Positions 1 through 8,558 of a stretch of 63,257 nt of DNA are shown here, one piece after another. The number at the start of each line of letters is the position of its first letter. Positions within the stretch are counted from its first letter, which is position 1. The notes under the pieces are model-generated. The model did not search any database, had not been told where the DNA came from, and saw only the letters and a program-made list of their open reading frames with translations. The stretch spans positions 1 through 63,257 of the IMG/VR virus record IMGVR_UViG_3300020129_000255; one strand, 5' to 3'. The position numbers and the translations under genes are program-made. Origin of the DNA: a virus (lineage: Duplodnaviria > Caudoviricetes).

Positions 1-127
1 GGTGGGCCATCTCATCTCGGCAACAAGAGCAACCCTCTGACCGCATGTAATCGGCAACCGCTTGGCGAATAGCTTCTAGTTTAGGTTTCACGTCTCCCGC
101 TCCAGTGCGGCAAAGGCCGCGTCATAC
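1..127. repeat. End overlap, identical to 63131..63257 (circular assembly)
   Basis: First 127 nt are repeated exactly at the end of the window. The ORF at 63018..63221 continues through the junction. Confidence 0.95.
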
Positions 128-342
128 TCTCTAGCCAACTGAATACGCTTCAATCCTCCACTGCCGCCAATCACTCCATCGCGCATCGCCTGCCCAGCGC
201 GGAGCAGTGGCCCAAGCCGTTCTTCCAGCACCAGTGCACAAGCATCGTTGGTGTCGTTGCCAAGCCCGACAGCTTCCATAACTTCGTCAACGCACTCGGC
301 GGCTACCCTCTCCAGCGCCTTGCCCACCCTATCGTTGCTCAT
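88..342 (-). CDS. Hypothetical protein
   Basis: Start MSNDRV overlaps the stop of the upstream gene (ATGA coupling). Confidence 0.6.
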   Translation of the reverse strand: MSNDRVGKALERVAAECVDEVMEAVGLGNDTNDACALVLEERLGPLLRAGQAMRDGVIGGSGGLKRIQLAREYDAAFAALERET

Positions 343-683
343 GGGCGCGGCTCCTTTGGGTCGAACCATTTGTTTTTTATCAAGTGGCCTATGCGTGTCA
401 CTGTTCCGCCGACTCCGTTGGTGACGGCGCGGCAATGTTGCCCCTTAAGTTTTTCCCATGATTCGACTTCGAGCACTCGCAAGATGGCTCCAATAAACTC
501 CATACCGTAAGCCGTGCCTACGCGCCGATTTTTCTCGGCGTTCCACTCGTCAAGAGCATAGCCACCAAATCCGCAGCTCCACCCATCACCTTCTAGCATG
601 AGGTAACAGGAAAATATGCCGTGGTCCTCAACACCCAGCGTAGTGCCAGTAATTTTCACGTTCTCAATTCGTGTCTCGCTCAT
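339..683 (-). CDS. Conserved phage hypothetical protein
   Basis: Start MSETRIEN follows a GGAGG RBS. The TLGVEDHGI...GFGGYALD...WEKLKG pattern is familiar from phage early genes. Confidence 0.75.
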   Translation of the reverse strand: MSETRIENVKITGTTLGVEDHGIFSCYLMLEGDGWSCGFGGYALDEWNAEKNRRVGTAYGMEFIGAILRVLEVESWEKLKGQHCRAVTNGVGGTVTRIGHLIKNKWFDPKEPRP

Positions 684-689
684 CGCCCC

Positions 690-1018
690 TCCTGCCCCTT
701 TATCGCTGCCTCGCCCTGTGCTATGCTCCGAGCCATGCCAAGACACAGACTGCGTTTCTACGTGTACCGTCTCTTCTTTGCGCTCATCGGTCGGCTGCCG
801 CGGATCTCGAAGCTGAAGGTGAAGTAGGGAACAGTCCTTAGCGAACTGTTCCGAGTCTGCCGAGGCAGATGTTTGGATGAAGAAGATGCTGTAGATCAGA
901 ACGTCTGGTATGTCGTTCCCTTTGACTTCCTTACCGTGGGACCGTCGTGCTGATGCTGGGCCTGTGTGACCGTGGCACATGCCAAGGTCAACGTTACGAT
1001 TAGTAAGATGACTCTCAT
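690..1018 (-). pseudogene. Frameshifted secreted-protein gene
   Basis: MRVILLIVTLTLACATVTQAQHQHDGP (signal peptide) stops after 40 codons. Protein-like sequence (VKGNDIPDVLIYSIFF) continues in another frame. Confidence 0.4.
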
Positions 1019-2015
1019 ACTGCTCCTTTCGCTACCCGTGGGTAGTCGTGTTGTTTTACGTACGTAGTACCATACATTTGTCGCACGGATTTGTCAAGGG
1101 CAATCGTCAGCTCGTGCGTGAGCATAACTTTGTCCCCGGAAGACCAGTCTTTCGTCAGGAGCGTGATTGCCCCTGGCGATGCGGGAACGTAGGTCTTAAC
1201 GTTCATCGTCGTTCTCACGCTGCGCACAGCTTCGCGCGTCCCGCAGCTCTGCAATGTCGTCGTCTAGGCCGAAGGTTCCTAGGAACACGTCAGCGTCATC
1301 TTGGTCCACGTGGCGCAGTTCGCGCTCCAGCATGCGTAGGTTGCGTAGCTGGTTAGCTTGCGTTTGGCGTCTACTTATCATCGTCGTCCTCCTGCGTAGC
1401 ATCCATATCATCCGTGTCTAGTTCGATGTCTAGCTCACGGTCATACCAGGCCTTAGCCTGCTCCTGCGTCTGAAATGGCCCCGTACGGATCTGTCCACCG
1501 GCCTCCACCACCCACCACCCGCTGTCGGTCAGTTCCCATTTGCGTACGGTATCGTCCGTCATGGCGTCACCAGCACTTTCGTGGTCGTAATGACCTTGCA
1601 GAGGTCTTCGATGTCGGCGGTGCCGAGAGGGGCAGGTTCGATCGTGGGCTCATCCGAGGGCCTGCGTCCACGTCGCACGTAGAAGTGGTCCGGCCAAAAC
1701 TCGGCGATCTGCAGGGCGTCGTAGCCGTCGTACGTCTGCTGGAATAGCCGTAAGGCTGCCAAGATCGTAGCCACGTCTGAGTCGTCAAGGTGGCGAATAA
1801 CCGTCTTACCCCTCATTGACGTATCCCCCTCGCTCCAGCGTGTCCGCGAAGTCCACGAGGCGCGCATCGAAGATGGCCGTGGCCCGGCCGATGCAGACTC
1901 CCTGACCGTGCAGGCCCAGGGCGGCGTAGGCTTTGCCGTACGTCTCGTAGGCAATGAGGTCTAGCATTTCATCGACCTGGATACGTGCTCGTTGCTCATC
2001 AGTTTGTCGTGTCAT
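1015..2015 (-). other. Run of five small coupled early genes (1015-1206, 1196-1381, 1371-1562, 1559-1816, 1806-2015)
   Basis: Overlapping start/stop tiling on the minus strand with purine-rich RBSs. No recognisable function. Confidence 0.65.
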
Positions 2016-2362
2016 ACGTAGCCTCTCCTGTAGGCTTATCGTTTCATAAATCGTTTCGCGTTTCGAGTTAAGTTGCTGAGAAAGCAGAACGTATTGTGGT
2101 GCAAAATCGTTTCATGTCGCGTTCCCATGACCATAGTACGTAACATGGCCATGTTATTCTTTGAGCCAGCGGTAAATCAGTATCCGTACGAGTACGATTG
2201 CTAAAAGGAAGACGCAGCCACCGTACTCGGTCATGCTGCACCCCAATTCGTACCCTCAATGCCGTACAGATTCTCGATTGTGTCCTGTGACTCAGGCACG
2301 TGCGCGAGGAAATGAGCCCTCGTACAGCTGTGCCTGGTGGTCGAGATAGACTTCAGTGATGC

Positions 2363-2671
2363 CTACTTCCCTTGAGATTCGCATGATGCTGCCTCCTGTA
2401 ATTTCGGCTTTGCTGAAACCTGATAGCTCGGCAACGGTTTGCCAACGCGTATGTATTCGAGTTCCCACGCCCGCATCCGGCGTGTGCGCTCGTAGCCTGA
2501 TTGCCTGCGCGAGACTGCGTGCGTAGCGCAGTATATGTATCCTTTCTCGCCGATGTGCGTGACCGGGTTCGTGCAATCCCGTTTCATGTCGCACCGTGTA
2601 TTCATAACTTCATCACTCCTAAATTCCACGCGCCTAATTGGCCAATTCCTAATTTCTTCTTCGTTATACAT
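2363..2671 (-). CDS. Hypothetical protein with C/H cluster
   Basis: Start MYNEEE after an AGGGAG RBS. Contains C-x5-C...C-x2-H. Confidence 0.6.
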   Translation of the reverse strand: MYNEEEIRNWPIRRVEFRSDEVMNTRCDMKRDCTNPVTHIGEKGYIYCATHAVSRRQSGYERTRRMRAWELEYIRVGKPLPSYQVSAKPKLQEAASCESQGK

Positions 2672-2672
2672 A

Positions 2673-2975
2673 TCAGTTTCTCCCTTCAGCTTTGGCGATT
2701 GCGGCTTGTAATTCCTGAATAACAGTAATGCGATACGCGCCTTCAGTGTTTGGCAAGCGTTTAAGGGATTCGAGTGCATCTTTGGCAGATTCCAGCAATT
2801 CCGGCGCCGCCGCTATCAGGCGAGCGTTCGCCACAGTAAGCGTATCCGATTCTCCACCTAGATATGCTCCACTAATCAGGCAATCCTCATCTATCCTCAC
2901 ACTAGCGGATTCGGGAGTATGCTCAACAACTTTCCACGGTCCCGGCGTATACCCCACCTTGTTTATCGTACTCAT
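2673..2975 (-). CDS. Conserved phage protein (TPGPW...ANARLIAAAPELLE family)
   Basis: Hallmark motifs of a widespread phage early-gene family. AGGAGG RBS. Confidence 0.85.
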   Translation of the reverse strand: MSTINKVGYTPGPWKVVEHTPESASVRIDEDCLISGAYLGGESDTLTVANARLIAAAPELLESAKDALESLKRLPNTEGAYRITVIQELQAAIAKAEGRN

Positions 2976-3220
2976 GCTGCCTCCTGTCCAAACACAAATA
3001 CGTATCCGCGTTTGTGGCTACCACCAATGAGTGTGCCTGTCCAATGCATCTTGGCACACAAAGCCTCTGCTGCCTTGCGATGGACCGCTTCGCCTGACAG
3101 TTCATACGGGTAGCTGATCGTCACCTTGTTTCCATCCTCATCTGCCGCGCTAATCCGACTGCCCTTGTAGTTTGTTGGTCCATGGTACTTCGTAAAGATT
3201 GCTTTCATAACATCCTCCAT
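2972..3220 (-). CDS. Conserved phage hypothetical protein
   Basis: TKYHGPTNYKGSRISA...GYVFVF pattern is common in phage early regions. True start may be the Met at 3208. Confidence 0.8.
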   Translation of the reverse strand: MEDVMKAIFTKYHGPTNYKGSRISAADEDGNKVTISYPYELSGEAVHRKAAEALCAKMHWTGTLIGGSHKRGYVFVFGQEAA

Positions 3221-3276
3221 TTAGCGTCGTGAGTGCGACGTTGGCCATCTTCCCGGCGTAGCCTGCCAAGAACGTG

Positions 3277-4315
3277 TTACTTACCCCAGCTTCGTACAAC
3301 AATAGCGCTGTTATACCCGTCGTGATTTACCAGCGAATCCTTTACATCTTGCGCTGTAATTGGCGCGCCACCATCGCATTGCTTGTTGAAAAATACAATG
3401 TCAATTTGCTTTCCATTCAAACGTACTTCCCAAGCCTGCTGTTTCATCTCAATACCCTCCATGCTGCCCACCATATGAGATGGGCAGGAGCAAGGTACTA
3501 AAAGCAAAGAGCTACCGTACTTGTAGAATCTCAAACCTAAACGTATCCTGATTCTCCGCAATTACCCGCTTGCAATCCCGTACACTTCCCGCACGCCATT
3601 CCGTAGGATCTGCCGCATACTTCGCCTCATATCCCACTAACTCGCGTTCGCAGCCCGCGAGCCACTTTGTGTGCTGCCCACGCGCCTCCGCTACGTACGC
3701 ATTCGCCTCCGCCTGACTGCCGGCATACTTTGGTTTGCGCGATGTGTCCCAATGCCCATAAGACGACGTGAGAACCGCGAATACGGGCCCGTTCCATTCG
3801 ATCACGGCGTTACAGTGGTTTAGCTTGGCGTCGCGCCGTTCGCGTGCGGCAGAGCCGGGCAATAATTCGCGGTACTCTCCCTCTGCCAAGTAGTAACCAT
3901 CTCCCATATCACGCTCCGTATTCTGCATGCGGACCACGTAGTACTTGGAATTCTCGATTCGCGTACGCTTCGCTGGCGAATAGCCCGGTTTAGCAAACGT
4001 CCTAACAGCTGTGAGTGTGTCCATTGCGATGCCTCCTAAGTGTGCCTCATAGGACATCCCGTAGGATGCCCGAGAGAAACACTACGCTTCGAGTGCCCAA
4101 TACGTCTGTGCCTGATACTTGACCGCCGTACCGCCGACTGGTTCCAGCACGCTACGCATTCCCAAGAAACGATAGTAATAATCATCTCGCCGCGCCTTAG
4201 AGAAAAGCGTGTTCACGGCATCTTGCTCTGTGTCGGCGGTAACGTTAGCCACCACCTCCCGGACTTCGCCAGTGCTACCGTTTAACACCTGTACGGTTAT
4301 GCGTTTCTTATCCAT
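3277..4315 (-). other. Three early hypothetical genes (approx. 3277-3450, 3512-4024, 4082-4315)
   Basis: Minus-strand ORFs with GGAGG RBSs. Confidence 0.6.
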
Positions 4316-4324
4316 ACGATCCTC

Positions 4325-4696
4325 CTAAAGATGCGCCAATCCTGTAATACGCGCCTGCTCTGGTTCAAACACCACATACACATCCGAATAAGTACAACCA
4401 TCCACTACATCGCGCACGATTACGCCATCATATTCTGTATCGTTGTGGAAATTGGATAGAACCGCTTCGTTTGCTAGTTCGCGCACTGGCATACGCTTTG
4501 CCGCGTCGCCATCAAATACCATTGGATTGTGTAGACTCAATTCACAACGCAGTACGCGCGGTCCGTAGAATACCGCATTCTCAGGATTCGACGTAAAGTA
4601 CAAGTATCCTGAGTGTTGCTGAGTCATCATTGGAGGTACGTCTAGCGCGAATTGCTTAAACTTGCGCTCCGTACCGTGATAGGCAACGATTGTCAT
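4325..4696 (-). CDS. ADP-ribosyltransferase-like protein (ART-PolyVal type)
   Basis: AYHGT, YLYFTS...A..YG, YDGVI and YVVF..EQ motifs. Confidence 0.7.
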   Translation of the reverse strand: MTIVAYHGTERKFKQFALDVPPMMTQQHSGYLYFTSNPENAVFYGPRVLRCELSLHNPMVFDGDAAKRMPVRELANEAVLSNFHNDTEYDGVIVRDVVDGCTYSDVYVVFEPEQARITGLAHL

Positions 4697-4781
4697 AGAT
4701 GCGCCAATCTCAAACAATACATCACCACCCCAGCTATAAATCCCGTACCTACGAGTGTGCATACAAGGCGAGAGAGAAGAG

Positions 4782-5153
4782 TTAGCACGAGACCTCCAAG
4801 GGATTCTTTGCGTAGACACCAACTACTTCCCACCGTATGTCCGCGTTAGGCTGTAAGGTCTTATTAACGTCTACCGATTGCCGCGCAAAGTCGCGCGCCA
4901 TGCGTTCGCTGGCGAACGGGGAGGACACGTGGCGACGTGTGCCGCCTAGCAACGTACCTTCGGAATGGAGTGTTACTACGGCAACGTAGGCGTTAGGATT
5001 GATTGCTTCGGCGTACAGTTCGCCTTGGAAACGACGATACGGCATTGGGGCCTTGCGGCATGCGTTCTTATGGGATGATGCTGTGACTTCTGCTATCGTT
5101 CGTCCTTCGGGACTCCAGACTACGCGGTAGAGACCTTGCATTGAATTGCTCAC
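4782..5153 (-). CDS. Hypothetical protein, first gene of the leftward early operon
   Basis: ORF lies directly downstream of the promoter at 5203-5230. Confidence 0.65.
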   Translation of the reverse strand: MSNSMQGLYRVVWSPEGRTIAEVTASSHKNACRKAPMPYRRFQGELYAEAINPNAYVAVVTLHSEGTLLGGTRRHVSSPFASERMARDFARQSVDVNKTLQPNADIRWEVVGVYAKNPLEVSC

Positions 5154-5202
5154 TTTCCCGCTATGACGGTAGCGTGCCGGTTGCGATGCTTAATATACGT
5201 CG

Positions 5203-5230
5203 AGTGTACGTCTGTCAGTTCTAATGTCAA
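5203..5230 (-). promoter_or_regulatory. Sigma70-type early promoter
   Basis: TTGACA-16 nt-TACACT on the minus strand. Confidence 0.65.
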
Positions 5231-5362
5231 GAGGAAAGTGACGTTCGAGCGAAAATAAATTTGCTGGGATGGCAAGAGGATTGCTTGGCTACGCCACCGC
5301 TACGTATTGTGTCGGATGAGACACAGCCACCATTAGTAGGAGTGTCCGCGAGGCGCGCGCGG

Positions 5363-5400
5363 AAGGTTAAAATTTCACCCAAAGGTTAAAAATTCACCCA
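5363..5400. repeat. 19-bp tandem repeat (AAGGTTAAAAWTTCACCCA x2), each copy quasi-palindromic
   Basis: Two adjacent copies with one mismatch, in the divergent intergenic region. Confidence 0.85.
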
Positions 5401-5970
5401 CGGCGCATAGCGTACAGCTGGCGATCCGGTGGGAATTGTGCCAGTCACACAATTACGTAGCCCAATAACCATAATAGAATCAGTAATCTAAGGACAGTCG
5501 CGAGGGCAGTCGCCTAGCGTGGCCGCATGCGCGCTGGCCAGGCGCCGGCCGGCGGGGGAGGGAGGTAGGGGGCACCCATGGGGTAGGAAGGCCGAGGCCC
5601 CGGGGGACCTCCCGCGCGATACTCATCCCACTGATTTTTCAGCTATTTAGACATCAGTAGGCTTAATCGAAACGGGCTCAAGCCCCGAATCCGCCGATTC
5701 CCCCGCATCTACCTGAGCGCGCGACGCTTACGCCCCCGCTTACACGTGCTGCCGCTCGTCCAATGACAAATCACACGTCTCCGATAGTCCTAAAGTTCTG
5801 CGTAGTACCGCACTATCCCTAGCCCTACGTTTCCTCGTACACTAGACCTGCCGAGCCACGGTGCCAACCCCGCACCGACAACCCCCACGGGGAAAGGTGA
5901 GGGCTCCGGGCGCAGCCATTCACCCCGTCGGTCTTTCCGGCGAGCGAAGCGAGTCCGCAACGCGAAGCGT

Positions 5971-6408
5971 ATGCAACTGAATCCCAAACTCCCACTCCAC
6001 GACCGCTTCCAAGCCCGACTCGCCGCCCAGGCGATCGTGCGGAACCTCTTCGATCCGCGGCGCACCGTCGCCGAGCTCCGTCCCGATCTCCGCACCTACT
6101 CCCACTTTTTCGCAAAGCTCCTCGACACCCCCGAAGTCCAGCATGAGGTAGAAAAGATTATGAATCGCACCGAGCGCAACGCCGCAAGGTTCCTCGACAA
6201 GATGTGGGATTGGCTGGAGGCCGACTCCGTGGGCGACAAGGATGTGGCCGAGAACAAGCGCACCGCGGCGCGCATCCTAGCCAAAGGCTACATCAGCGAA
6301 AAAGCTAGCAAAGACGCTCCCACTCAGCCCATGCGCATCGAAGGTCTCGACGGCGATGCTCTCGACAAACTCACCGCTGCTCCCGTGCAGCGCGAGAAGG
6401 TGCAATGA
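5971..6408 (+). CDS. Putative terminase small subunit
   Basis: Helical 145-aa ORF at the head of the late operon, upstream of TerL. Call is mainly positional. Confidence 0.6.
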   Translation: MQLNPKLPLHDRFQARLAAQAIVRNLFDPRRTVAELRPDLRTYSHFFAKLLDTPEVQHEVEKIMNRTERNAARFLDKMWDWLEADSVGDKDVAENKRTAARILAKGYISEKASKDAPTQPMRIEGLDGDALDKLTAAPVQREKVQ

Positions 6409-6614
6409 TGATGATCTCCCGCCTCGGCGGCCCCAGCCCCATCCGCCCGGTTTCCGAGCTGATGCATCCAAACGCAGGCTTCGCTCCCCAATCCAACCTG
6501 CTGCCTGGACGCGAGCAGCTCGCCCAGCCTCAGCTCGACGTGCAACAGCCCCCGCGCAGCTTCGCCCAACTCGGTCAGGCCCCACTCCGCCCGTTTCTCT
6601 ACTCCAGCTACTGA
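6405..6614 (+). CDS. Small Pro/Gln-rich protein
   Basis: ATGA-coupled to the upstream gene and fills the gap to TerL. Confidence 0.6.
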   Translation: MMMISRLGGPSPIRPVSELMHPNAGFAPQSNLLPGREQLAQPQLDVQQPPRSFAQLGQAPLRPFLYSSY

Positions 6615-6615
6615 C

Positions 6616-8232
6616 GTGCCTGTGGCCGACACTAACGAGCTCGTCCAAGAGCGAATTGAGCGCCTCCTGCCATCGCAACGCGAGTACCTCTTCGCCCCGG
6701 AAAAACAACGAGTCTTCTGCGCCGGCTACGGCGTGGGGAAGACCCGCATCCTCTGCCTCGCAGGCATGCTCTTCAGCTGGGCCGGTCGCCAGAACTTCGG
6801 CTTCATCGGCCGCGCGGACGGCAAGGCCCTCCAGACCACAACCTACCAAATGCTGATGGACGAGATCATCCCCTCGTCGATGGTGGTCGGCAGACCGAAG
6901 TCTCACGGACAGTTCGGCAAGATCATCACGCTGCGCACGCGCTTCCCCGGGGTGACCTCGCAGATCTACCTCGACTACGTCGTGGACAAGACCACTGGAC
7001 GCTCGCATTTGGCCGGCGGGAACTGGGGCTGGTACGCGATCGACCAGATCGAAGAGATCCAGCGCGCGCACTGGGAGAAGCTGCTCGGCCGCCTGCGCCG
7101 CACCTACTACGATCCCGACTCGCGCACGCAGCGCCCGTTCCGCTACCATGCCCTTGGCGTCGCCAACCAGCAGGGCCACGACTGGATCTTCGAGGACTTC
7201 TTCCAGGGCGGCGACTACATCTTCGATCTGCGCGCCGAGCCCAAGCGCTTCTTCAAGACTGTCCGACGGGACAACCGCTTCGGCATCGTCACCCGCTCCG
7301 ACGAGAACCGCATGTCGAATGGAGGCTTCGCCCCGGACGACTTCTTCGACGAGCTCCGCATCTCCCTCAGCCCGCAGATGCAGGCGCGCATCCTCGACGG
7401 CTCCTTCGACGACTTCTCAGGAAAGATCCTCCCCGACTTCAATCTCAGCTCGGTCCACAACGTCGAGCCCTTCGTCGTTCCGAACCACTGGGGCTGGTAC
7501 ACAGGCATCGACCCAGGCGGCTCGGCCCCGTGGGGAATCCCCGTCATCCGCGTAGACGAACACGGCAACAAGATCATGGTGAGCGATGCCCCGGAGGTGT
7601 ACCGCGAACTGAACCTCAACCCGAACAAGGCCATCGCGTGGATCAAGGCCAACGTTCCCGTGGAGCTCTCGCGCTTCGTCATCGACTACCAGAACAAGGG
7701 CGCCATGATCCAGATGCAGGACGAAGGCATCCAGTGCGAGCCCGCGAACAAAGACGTCTTCCCCGGACTGATGAAGCTGCAGAGCGAGTTCTACGTCAAT
7801 CCGAAGCGTGCCCTTCCCGACTGGTACGTACGCACCCAGCCGAAGGAGCGCGTCGCGGCTCTGCAGGCCAAGGGCTCTCCCTCGGTCTACGTCTTCAACA
7901 CCTGCAAGTACGCCCGCAAGGAGCTCGACGACTACATCTGGAATCCGACGAAGCCGAACGAGCCAAAGGGCAACCAGGCTGACCACCTCATCGACCCACT
8001 GCGCTACGTACTGGTCACGAACCCACAGGCAGCTGCTCCCGTCTTCGACGACCCATTCCGCGAGATGCGTCAGTCCGATCCCACGAGCGCCGCGCACGGC
8101 GACCGAGTAGCCCGCGAGCTCCGCCGGCTGCGCCTCCGTGACTATGCCCACGAGGAGCAGATGTGCGAACCTTGTGATGGCGGCATCGTGAGCGACCGTC
8201 CTGTCTTCATCTCTGACTTCTCAGGTAACTAA
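6616..8232 (+). CDS. terL: Terminase large subunit
   Basis: Walker A AGYGVGKT, Walker B variant YAIDQIEE, RNase H-like GIDPG and C-terminal DHLIDPLRY. Confidence 0.93.
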   Translation: MPVADTNELVQERIERLLPSQREYLFAPEKQRVFCAGYGVGKTRILCLAGMLFSWAGRQNFGFIGRADGKALQTTTYQMLMDEIIPSSMVVGRPKSHGQFGKIITLRTRFPGVTSQIYLDYVVDKTTGRSHLAGGNWGWYAIDQIEEIQRAHWEKLLGRLRRTYYDPDSRTQRPFRYHALGVANQQGHDWIFEDFFQGGDYIFDLRAEPKRFFKTVRRDNRFGIVTRSDENRMSNGGFAPDDFFDELRISLSPQMQARILDGSFDDFSGKILPDFNLSSVHNVEPFVVPNHWGWYTGIDPGGSAPWGIPVIRVDEHGNKIMVSDAPEVYRELNLNPNKAIAWIKANVPVELSRFVIDYQNKGAMIQMQDEGIQCEPANKDVFPGLMKLQSEFYVNPKRALPDWYVRTQPKERVAALQAKGSPSVYVFNTCKYARKELDDYIWNPTKPNEPKGNQADHLIDPLRYVLVTNPQAAAPVFDDPFREMRQSDPTSAAHGDRVARELRRLRLRDYAHEEQMCEPCDGGIVSDRPVFISDFSGN

Positions 8233-8247
8233 CCGGGTGCTAACCAG

Positions 8248-8556
8248 ATGCGATGGCCTTTCGTCTCTGCGAAGTACGCAGCCTTCCTAGAACAAACTGT
8301 GGAACGCCTCACGCGCGAACGCGACGAGCAGCAACGCCGCGGCGACGCCGCCATGGACCAGCTGACGTCGAGGTTTGGGTTTGAATCCCTTTCCCCGTTG
8401 CCCGCCACCGCAGGTGGCGCTGCTCGCACTGCGACGTCTACGACGGCACAGGATGAGATCGCCAAGTACCTTTCCGACCAATTCGAGGACCCCCACGCCG
8501 GCATGATCTCTGAGGAGATTGTCCGTCTTGCCGAAGCCGAGACTAAGACCAACTGA
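8248..8556 (+). CDS. Hypothetical coiled-coil protein
   Basis: ORF between terL and portal. Confidence 0.7.
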   Translation: MRWPFVSAKYAAFLEQTVERLTRERDEQQRRGDAAMDQLTSRFGFESLSPLPATAGGAARTATSTTAQDEIAKYLSDQFEDPHAGMISEEIVRLAEAETKTN

Positions 8557-8558
8557 CC

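Noticed and set aside
1-127. 127-bp terminal repeat as a biological direct terminal repeat
   Set aside because: It falls inside a coding region and its length matches a common assembler k-mer, so it is most likely a circular assembly overlap.
2385-4325. Recurring GC(T/A)GCCTCCT strings in the early arm as a repeat family
   Set aside because: They are reverse-complement Shine-Dalgarno sequences of minus-strand genes.
5150-5970. tRNA or tmRNA in the large intergenic gaps
   Set aside because: No cloverleaf or T-loop consensus was recognisable by eye. tRNAscan-SE/ARAGORN would settle it.
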